A DNA stretch of 64,000 bases from Eledone cirrhosa. Lineage: Eukaryota. The notes under the pieces are model-generated. The model had not been told where the DNA came from and ran no database searches. It saw only the letters and a list, made by a program, of their open reading frames with translations. Below, one piece after another: positions 51,338-64,000 of this stretch (positions are counted from its first letter, which is position 1; every line of letters starts with the position of its first letter). Made by a program: the position numbers and the translations under genes. The DNA lies in assembly GCA_964016885.1 (NCBI GenBank), contig OZ024740.1, forward strand, positions 369,334,001 to 369,398,000. The letters are read 5' to 3'.

Positions 51338-52738
51338 TTCTTTGAGTATCAGTCATTGATGTTATTTAACTGGAAAGTTTGTTGAAATGAATATCAAGCC
51401 GCTACATGCAGCCTCAGATATTCAGGACGTATCGGAGGGTTCTTGCATGCCTTTTGAAGTGTTCCAAAAAGCGGGGCTGACTAATTTTCTTTAGTCATTC
51501 TTGGAAACACTTTGAGATAGTACCTAGTGCGCCTATAACAATCGGAACGACTCTGATTTCATGGCAGTTCCAAATCCTTTTTACCTGCCACTTGAAATCC
51601 AGGTATCTTTTAATTTTCTCCCTCTCCTTTTCTTGCACTCTCGTTTCAAATGAGCAGGATACATCTACAATCAGGCACGATATTTTTTCTTGTCCAAAAC
51701 CACCAGGTCAGGCCTATTGTGTTCCAGTTTCTTGTCCGTCTGTATCCTAAAATTCCATAGCAACTTCACCTGATCGTTTTCTATCACCGACTCTGGCTTA
51801 TGCTCATACGACTTCTCAGAATGTGGTAAATTGTTTAATTTGCATAGGTGCCAGTGGATCACCCTGCCCATCACATCATCTCTCCAGCCTTTATAGTGAG
51901 TCTGGGCTAGGTGTTTACACTCGGATACAATGTGAGCCACATCTCCTCTCTCTCCACAGATCCTACACAGTGGGCTAACCTCCTCCTTGTAAATATGGTT
52001 TTTCACCCACTTTGTTCTGAGAGCCTGCTCACAGCCATTAGCATTCCTTCTGTAGCCTTTTTAAGGTCTCCTCTTTTTAACCAGTTCAATGCCTGTGGAT
52101 CTCTAAATTCAGTTTTCTTAAAGAAGGTACTATGAAGGGATTTTTCATGAAGGTTGCTCTTTCTTCTTGTTGTTATTTCCTCCTTGGACATCCCCTGGTC
52201 TATTGTCCTCTCCTTCAGTACAATTCTTAGCAATGCTCCCTACTGTCAGTCACATATATGTGCAGGTTGTTTTTCTCCATCTGAACACAGTCTTCTATGC
52301 TGATAAGGCCTTTTCCACCTTCAGATCTCTTTAAGTAGAATCTATCGACATCACTCCACTTGTGGAGCATGTTGTAGATAGTCAATAGCTTCCTAGTCTT
52401 CCTATCCATTTTTTTTTTGTTCAGCAACATTCCATTTCCGAATTCCCGCACTGTAACTAATGATAGACACAGCTGGAGAATTCATCAGTCTCCAGAACAC
52501 CCAAATACTTGTATCCTTCTTCACTGACAATTTCCTTTATCATCTGACCTGTTGGTATTTGGATTCCGTTGCTTCTGCTCAATTTACTCCTCTTCATCAC
52601 AAGGACCCCACACTTACTAATACCAAATTGCATACATATATCATTGCTGAAAATACGGACAGTGTCCACAAGCACATCCAACTCCTTCTCACTCTTCCCG
52701 CAGAGCTTAAGATCGTCCATGAAGCGGAGGTGATTGAT
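51338..52738 (-). mobile_element. R4/Dong-like family B, copy 2 (5'-truncated at INHLRFMDD, internal deletion near 52480)
   Basis: Homologous to 6769-8018. Motifs MDDLKL, YKYLGVLE, CRICG and HNRPDLVVLD. Confidence 0.88.
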
Positions 52739-52745
52739 TATTATT

Positions 52746-53563
52746 CTCGACGAAAGTCAACTAGCCAATCTCTTCGGAAGAAATTTCGGGCCGGGGCCTA
52801 TGGACAACTTCCACAAATCCCTGGCCTGGCAGTGCAACCGAGGAGCCTTGCCAGTTCAGGATCAATTCTACAGGCATGGAGGTACCGTCAGCCGGGCATG
52901 TCCGAGATACGCGCAGGGCGACGAAACCGTCCTGCATGCACTCCTCCAGTGTCCGAGAATTGCTGACTTGTGGGTTTATGACGAACACCTGCTGTCGCGT
53001 GCAGGACGGATCCGGCTATCAACTGAGTCCATCTTGAGGATTGCACCGCCCTCTTCCTCTAGCCGAGAAGGGCAGGCAGTTTTTATCTGTCTGGTGGCCA
53101 TGGCGAAAGAGATAGTATGGTGGACACGTTTGAAAGGGCTGAAAACGAGCACTTACCTCTTCGGTGATGCCCTGATTAACTTTTTCAAATTTCATTTGAA
53201 AAGGAAAATCAGGGTAGAGAGGGAAGTGCTCTCTTCCCAGCATTTTGTTGAAAGATGGGTGAGAGAAGCAAGAATGGCCCGAGTGAATGGGCCTACTCTG
53301 AGAATGTGTCTGTAAATTAAAGGTGGAAAACTGGGAGAGGGAACTTGCCCTGGTAGTCAGGGTAACTGTGGCCTTTTAATGGGCTTTCTCCACAAATGTC
53401 CCTCGGAAGTCTCCCCCCTAATGTGGAATTTTGCATTGTTATTTTTATTACATCCTCTGTTTTTGTTTTTACACGCAAAAATGCCCATTTGTACCGTCCT
53501 TTATTGTCCTGTACTGTCCTTAATGTCTACTTTATGTAACCCCTTGTGGTTAATAAAGAAAGT
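52746..53563 (+). mobile_element. 5'-truncated Tx1-A fragment (ORF2 C-terminus and 3'UTR)
   Basis: ORF 52734-53315 matches the C-terminus of 13525-15309. (ATT)n at both ends. Confidence 0.92.
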
Positions 53564-53588
53564 ATTATTATTATTATTATTATTATTA

Positions 53589-53807
53589 TGCCCTGGTGGT
53601 CAGGGTCACTGTGTCCTTTTTAATGGGCTTTCTCCACAAATGTCCCTCGGAAGTCTCCCCCCTATTGGGGAATTTTTCATTGTTATTTTTTATTACATCC
53701 TCTGTTTTCTTTTACACGCAGAAATGCCCATTTGTACCGTCCTGTATTGTCCTGTACTGTCCTTAATGTCTACTTTATGTAAATCCTTGTGGTTAATAAC
53801 GAAAGCA
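53589..53807 (+). mobile_element. Additional Tx1-A 3'UTR-only copy
   Basis: Repeats 53348-53563 with different substitutions. Flanked by (ATT)n. Confidence 0.88.
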
Positions 53808-53960
53808 TTGTTATTATTATTATTATTATTATTATATGTGTGTCTCTGTATATATGTGTGCGTGTGCGTGTGTCTATGTGAGTGTGTGTGTAAGTGTGTG
53901 TGTGTGTGAGGAGTGCAGTGGAACATATAACATATATGATGATCCAGGTTTCAAAATAAT

Positions 53961-54153
53961 TGTTTCTCCTCTTGGCACAAGGCCAGCAATTATCCAGAGC
54001 ATTACTGGTACTTTATTTTATCGACCCCCGTAAGGATGAAAGCCAAAGTTAACCTCGGTGGGATTTGAACTCAGAATGGCCACGGCCGTAACTCTATACG
54101 TCAAAGCATGGCGTCCGACCCTCTACCGATACTGCCAATCCACCGCCCTATTT
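53961..54153 (-). mobile_element. Full-length tRNA-headed SINE with 16-bp TSD
   Basis: TSD CAGGTTTCAAAATAAT at 53945-53960 and 54154-54169. Confidence 0.92.
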
Positions 54154-55089
54154 CAGGTTTCAAAATAATGGAACGATGTAGAGAGAATATCTCCCTTAAA
54201 TGTGAGATTTATAATTACATGCTATTACTTCTGAACGCAGTTATAAGGTATTGTGAATCATTTTGAAATATTGTTGAAACATTCTTCCAGTGATTCGTGT
54301 AATTGAAATATATTTTTTTTTATAAAATAATCAATTGAAATACCGAGTAAGGATCATAAGTTGTTTCGCAGAAACTTTATACATGTCCAAAGCTGTTTTA
54401 TTTCAAATAGCAAATGAAATAAACTACAGAAATTTGCTTGGCAGGCATAGCTCGTAACATAAGGATTAAACACATTCACGCGTACCGCCACCCACCTACA
54501 CACACAGACACACACACACACACACACACACATACATACACACACATACACACACACACATATACATGCACAGCCACACACAAACACACACATACAAATA
54601 TACAAATACACACATACAACGTCATGTATATTCCTATGTATGTGTATACATATATATATTCATGAGAACCATGTTTTTTATACTACTTTTACAATATACG
54701 TCAGTTTATGTATTAATGTGTATTCCCCCAGTTGAAGAAACAATTGTTATTTTTATTTTTATTCACAAACTGCTTCCTATATAACCTTCGTTATTGTAGC
54801 ATTTATAATTATGTTTATAGCGATGCCGTTTAGCATATGCATTATTTCACAGTACGTATGCTGCACATGCACACTACAATTTGCATTTACATCGATTATC
54901 TTCTGATCTTACATTTTAGCGGTTTCTACGGGCTTACTCATCTTACAAGTGTAAGTAATCGCCAACTACCATCGGCTGTGACTTTCTTTCCAACATTTCT
55001 GCATGTTCACCTGTATCCCTTCTTTAATTTTCACACAGATTCTGGTAGATTGCTTCCTCTTTATAGTATCCTGATACTTCTTGATACAG

Positions 55090-56010
55090 AGTATCCATAG
55101 TTACAAGCCGGCACCTATTCAGATCATACATTCTTATTCTGGAGGCGGAATTAGAGAGAATTCATAGACAGGCACCCACATTTTGGAAGCTTAACACGTC
55201 GCTTCCCCTGCGTAAATACTATGAAAGCAGTATTTGTACATTATCTAAGCAACAGTAGACAGGAATGTGTGTCAACAATAGGTTATGGTTCGTTCTCAAG
55301 AGAGTGATTAGAGTACAATGAATAGGTTTAGTAACGACGTAACAATAGTAAAAATAAGAGCAGTTTTTCAATTAGTAACTAATCCCAAAAAGCGATTTTT
55401 AGTGGCTTTGCAGACGACGTGTTCTTTAAGAGAATGACCATGTCGTTATGCCAGACACGCAGGCTGCATTTTCAGAAATCAGGCGCATTCTTTAAGACAC
55501 AGGTGAAAAACATTATGTTAGATCGGCCCGAATGGCAGAGGTGCAGTGTGGCAATAAAGCCGCAAATCGGTCTATAGTTTTTCCCTCGACGGCTTGCATC
55601 GATTTTCGATGTAAGAAGTAGCGTTCTGCATAAAACCTAAAATACCAGCCAAGATGGAAGCATGAGCGGTGGTACGAGGCCAGGATCACCTGTATTGGAT
55701 GTTTTACCCTAACTTTACGTATATTGCCAGACTTCTGCTGATGTTTTCAAAGCTGTCTACTGCAACTGGCAGTATGATGATAGATCTTTTTGTTCTTTAA
55801 ACCTGAGAGTAGTAATACAGGTGAAAAATATACGAACAAGAGGGATCTAATTGGATATTTCTGGCCCTTACCTTTACTGAACGCAGAGTTTAAAAGTTTA
55901 CTTAAGTTGTTAGCAAAGAGGTTGGCACCTGTTGTTGAGAATCTGGTCGGTAGAACACAGACAACCACACTCCTAGCAAGATTAATACATGACAGCCTCC
56001 AACTCATGTG
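55090..56010 (+). mobile_element. Old, heavily decayed Tx1-like ORF2 relic
   Basis: Motifs YSDH, FWKLN and WPLPLLNAEFKSLLKLLAKRLAPVVENLVGRTQT...IHDSLQLM. Confidence 0.75.
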
Positions 56011-56869
56011 AAGTATTTGATGATTGCTGATTTTATTTTCATGAATATTCTGAAATACTTAGACACTCCTAGATTTATCATTACTCATATGAGACATATT
56101 TTGTATTGCAAATGTTCGACATAGCTTCTTAAATAAACCAATGTTAAGAGACCGAATATTTTTACTAAAAATAGTTGCTCTCACGTATTCGAAGTGGAAA
56201 GTTCTAGATTATAAAATTAGTTGAATCAAAATCATTTCAAATGTATATATTGTGAATTTAAAAGAAGCTAACCATTTATTATGTTTGAGAGCTAAGTGTA
56301 CAGGTGAAAAAGTGCGAGGCAAATCTCGAAGGCATCATGTCACTTTACCTTGTTTATACACCAGAATTATATTTATATTTATTCTGCTGAAAAATCAAGA
56401 AACAGTTTATTCTGACAGGCAAGATAATCATCCGGTTTGGGTTTTATTTTAAAGTTAGTGTGATCGAGGTCTAGCATAAGAATATTTAGTGTACTTAAAA
56501 TTTACAATAGGGAATTTTGAATATCCCAGTTTTCTTTTCTTTCTGAACTGGGTCTTTATAATAGGTAACACATTTTTCCTTCAGATACTAAAATTATAAC
56601 GTCATTTGAATGTTTGTTGCTTTATCTGAGGTGATGGTCATGTATTTGTTATTGTTGTAATTTAAGAAGAATCATACAGTTTGAGTAGACACTTTTAACT
56701 TGTGTAGGTGATTCCTTTCGTCACGTAGTTAATGTCCACATAATAAAATAACATCAGCAAATTCCGCATCTGCTAGGTACTGTGAGGGATGACTGGAACG
56801 TCAATGCATTTGAAATATAACGCCATCAAAATCATCAATACAAACACATGATGTATATTGAAGTAAGTT

Positions 56870-58891
<2,022 letters not shown>

Positions 58892-58983
58892 GTTGAGAAG
58901 GTAACACACCAGAGAGAGATATATAGTGTGTTATCAATAATACAGGGAAAAAACCACCAGTGTATGGAATCTATAACCTATGG

Positions 58984-58984
<1 letters not shown>

Positions 58985-59026
<42 letters not shown>

Positions 59027-59055
59027 AAAGTACTACAAATATTAGAGATATTACC

Positions 59056-59109
<54 letters not shown>

Positions 59110-59141
59110 GGTAATATCTCTAATATTTGTAGTACTTTCAC

Positions 59142-59188
<47 letters not shown>
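58985..59188. repeat. Palindrome: ~36-bp unit and its inverted copy around an (AT)n centre, with (AT)n outer arms
   Basis: TGTGAAAGTACTACAAATATTAGAGATATTACCATT near 59023 and its exact reverse complement near 59107. Confidence 0.9.
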
Positions 59189-59191
<3 letters not shown>

Positions 59192-59252
59192 GCGGGATTT
59201 GAACTCGATTCGTAAAGGGACGTAACTATGCTGGAAAGCATGGCGTCAGACC

Positions 59253-59299
<47 letters not shown>

Positions 59300-59362
59300 A
59301 AAGTACTACAAATACTACAGATATTACCATTATATATATATTTATATATATATCAAAAGAAA

Positions 59363-59411
<49 letters not shown>

Positions 59412-60133
59412 AGATTTGAATGGATACAGTTTAGTTGAAAGGAATTTATTGACACGTGTTTCTATAACAGTTACATAACCTAAAACAGCTGCTATCTACA
59501 AACTTTTAGTTATGCAGACATTCAATATTTCAATGTTATTATTTACTGTCATTTCATCAGAATAATATTACTGAGGACCTATTTAGTTTTTATAGAGAAT
59601 ATTAGGAGGGAGGGGTGAAGTTGTTAGAAGAATAGTTGAAGGAGTGGTTTTTCGATAGCAGTGAGAATTCTTGGTGGCAGTGAGTAATTAGATTCCCATC
59701 TGTTGTTTTGACATTTTTTATAGAATATATTATTGGTTATTTTTCTAAATCTATAGAAGGATTAGAGATAGTAAAGATATGCGTGGTTGGTTTTGTGTTT
59801 GCACTTAATTAACATTCAGACTTAAATTTTTCTTTCAAGTGTACGTATCCTTTCACCCACGCATTCACACACAAATATATTTGCACACCTCTACAAAATA
59901 CATATACTCACAATTCACATATTCATACTTACATATATATACACATGCATACTCATATATATACACACATGTATTCATGTACATACATACGCGCTCATGT
60001 GTATACATTTTCATACTCAACTTATCTTTATATACACACGTATAGACACACACATATATACATACATACTCTAGTCCATGTGTACACACATACACATACA
60101 TACACATCTATATACACATATATACATACATGC

Positions 60134-60180
<47 letters not shown>

Positions 60181-60733
60181 TATACACATATATATATATA
60201 TATATATATAAGCACTTTCATACATGAATACACTTACATCTAACTATATACATCAAACATATATATATATTTACTTATTTATATACATTTTCACATATAT
60301 ATACATACTTATGGACGTTTTTAGACACATTCATTATCGCATATTTGCACCTATTCTCATCAGCATATCTTTCCATTATTAGTGTGGTAATTTAAGGTTA
60401 TTAATATATGTTGAGAAGAGATTGTTTTTATATTTTTCTAACTAGATTAAGGTTTATATAGTTGGGGGATGTCCCTCTTTTATGTAATATTCGGCTTTAT
60501 ATATATATATATATGTGAAAGTACTACAAATATTAGAGATATTACCATTTAGAGATATTAATATCTTAAAATAATATGGCGGTGGATTTGCAGTATCGGT
60601 AGAGGGTCTGACGCCATGCTTTCCACCATAGTTACGTCCCTTTACGAATCGAGTTCAAATCCCGCCGATATATATATGTATTTTTATATATGTATATATA
60701 TGTATATATATCTATATACGTATATATATATAC

Positions 60734-60767
<34 letters not shown>

Positions 60768-60845
60768 CAAAAGAAACTTTTGCTGATATGTGAAAGTACT
60801 ACAAATATTAGAGATATTACCATTTAGAGATATTAATATCTTAAA

Positions 60846-61036
60846 GTAATAGGGCGGTGGATTGGCAGTATCGGTAGATGGTCTGACGCCATGCTTTCCA
60901 GCATAGTTACGTCCCTTTACGATTCGAGTTCAAATCTCGCCGAGGTTGACTTTGCCTTTCATCCTTACAGGGTCGATAAAATAAAGTACCAGTAATGCAC
61001 TGGGTAATTGCTGGCCTTGTGCCTAAAGTAGAAACA
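60846..61036 (+). mobile_element. Full-length tRNA-headed SINE with 14-bp TSD
   Basis: A box TGGCAGTATCGG and B box GAGTTCAAATC. TSD ATTAATATCTTAAA at 60832-60845 and 61037-61050. Confidence 0.92.
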
Positions 61037-61108
61037 ATTAATATCTTAAACTATTAAAAATTATAATTGTTAAAGAAGATAGGATCATTTTGAAGATTTA
61101 TAGGAATA

Positions 61109-61348
61109 TTATAAATTACACATAGTACTGAATGTAGAATTTTGGCGATGTCTGCAAGAATTAAATAATTCCTGCCTGAGATTAATAGAGTTTTGACAAT
61201 TAATTATATAAAAAATGTCTTCAATACACAATTTACAGAATTTTGATAAAGCCATATTTCGGTACGCAGGTGCTTTTGAATTCGTTTTCCAAGATATTGA
61301 ATAATCTATATTGTTGACTAAAATATCTAAACTTTCCATAGCATTCAC
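61109..61348 (-). mobile_element. C-terminal remnant of a Penelope-like GIY-YIG domain
   Basis: ISWK..KAPAY...FCKLCIEDIFYI...INLRQELFNSCRH. Confidence 0.6.
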
Positions 61349-61695
61349 AATAACGGTTTTTCAATCATATAACTCAACCTTATTTACATATTAATTTGCA
61401 TACTCATCCTAAAAGTTTGAAAAATCCGGGTTTTTTTATCTCACTACCAAAGGAAAATTCATCTGATAAGGTATGTTTCCTTGGCTATGTCAACATTTAT
61501 ATAACACACGTATTTGATCTGATGAAAACGTACCAACAGTTTTAGTACCCTTGAAATATATATAATAGAATAAATATGGTTTTATAAATATAGTTTCCAT
61601 TTATTTAATATCATTGAATATTTACTCCAGAAATCTGTCGATTTTCCAACAAATTAAATATATCTTCTACTTATATATATGTATATATATATACA

Positions 61696-62643
<948 letters not shown>

Positions 62644-62651
62644 TTATATAT

Positions 62652-62930
62652 ACAGGGTGACCAAACATTCACTAGAAACTTTCTTTTTCCTGTTTCATTG
62701 TAATCAGAGAGACGTCAGACCATCAACGTTTGACAGCATAGGCTTTGTAGGTTTTCTTTCAACATATCATTTCCCTTCCTGTCCATACGACACAAATTGA
62801 CGTTGGACCAAGGTCACACATTTGTTACCTGACAAGAATATCTTTAGTCTCTGGCGAGTTTAAGAATCGCTTGGCCGTCACATTGCTCTAACATTTATGG
62901 AACGGTTGAATCACCTCTGTGTAAATTACT
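62652..62930. mobile_element. Possible Tc1/mariner relic end
   Basis: TA-CAGGGTG terminus after (TA)n and a minus-strand NSP-like remnant. The partner TIR was not found. Confidence 0.35.
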
Positions 62931-64000
62931 ATATTCATTTATTCTATAGAATTAATGAGACCAATTAGAATATTAACAATAGGAGTATTTCAGTTTCAAC
63001 ATTAATTATGATATATAGCATGCAGAGACGTATATGTATATTGATATATGTTTTAATTAGATAGATGTATATCTACGCAGAATTCAGTGCATACTAACTT
63101 GCCTAAATAGTACGTTGAAAATCCTGAGAAATAATTGTTATTATATATATATAACGAGAAATGAAAGACACAGAATATGCAGAATATCAATTGACTCCGA
63201 ATCAAATGGATATTGGAGAGGAAAGATAAACATTCTTAGTTCTAATTTAGGCATAGTGTCAGCAATTTGAAGGAGACGGAAATACCTGCCTGGTATAATA
63301 TTTATCGACTCTGCAAGCAAACAGCCTCTATACGCCTTGTGTACTTTTGTTCCAGCAGTAGCAGAGAGAAAAAGATTCTACAGTTGTTTTTATGTTATTG
63401 CCCCTTAACAAGATTGTGTATTTCTCTCTTTTCTGCTTCACCCTGGAACTCTTCAGAATAAATAGTATTCTCTAAAGTATACATCTGCTGATGACCCTAA
63501 TTTGCATTCCAAGCGATTATAAGGTTGGCTTTGCCACAAATTAAAAACAATATTTGTTATCGTTCTAACATGGCGGGTACGTTCTACCGATGATAGCATA
63601 AGCGGAGTAAAGCTTATCGAATCGTTCCAGTGTCGAACAATATAATTTGACAAATCTATTCCTTGAAATTTTTTCGTATTGTACAGAATTACATGTCGCC
63701 GTTTATCTTACGGAGGCTGATGTAACACTTTAAGGCAGTATGCCAAAATGAATACAGCACACTTTAGGAAACTAATACGATAAGGAAATATATAATTATG
63801 TATGAGTGTTTACACGAGTGGTTTATGTGCTATCGTTAAGGTTTCGGGAAATCAATGGTAAAACTTGTTAGTTAATTTCGTTAGAGACGAACACAATATA
63901 CAAATCATAATTGAATGTATGAATCACAACGCCGAGAGAAAGTGTAAATGTTCAAGTGCAGAGGTTAGTGGTAATTACATATACTATTTTTTACAGAAAA

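Noticed and set aside
59023-60825. Recurrent 36-bp unit as a CRISPR-like array
   Set aside because: Spacing is irregular, orientation is mixed, the intervening sequences are (AT)n or SINE pieces, there are no cas genes and the context is eukaryotic.
60846-60945. tRNA gene
   Set aside because: A and B boxes are present but no cloverleaf was found. The sequence continues into a SINE body with TSD.

Overview
This is AT-rich, microsatellite-dense eukaryotic DNA. The SINE and microsatellite landscape suggests an octopus or other mollusc, which is my inference. I found no host gene, and almost all recognisable content is retrotransposon-derived. Two clusters (1-19.3 kb and 46.7-54.2 kb) are stacks of non-LTR retrotransposons inserted into (AAT)n tracts. 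They contain Tx1-clade LINEs (APE+RT, zinc-knuckle ORF1), R4/Dong-like LINEs (RT+restriction-like endonuclease) and a tRNA-headed SINE. Tx1 and the SINE read on the ATT strand and R4/Dong reads on the AAT strand, so the two LINE classes lie antiparallel. The SINE shares a precisely spaced 3' motif with the Tx1 LINE. The rest of the window holds two RLE-type 3' ends stacked in (CATA)n, several Penelope-like GIY-YIG relics with minimal hammerhead ribozymes, RTE relics and a Helitron 3' end. It also holds a ~5 kb interval bounded by ~170 bp inverted repeats and a patchwork of locally copied fragments around (AT)n tracts. All long ORFs that lie wholly inside the window are disrupted. Calls come from motif reading and copy-to-copy comparison by eye; no database search was run.
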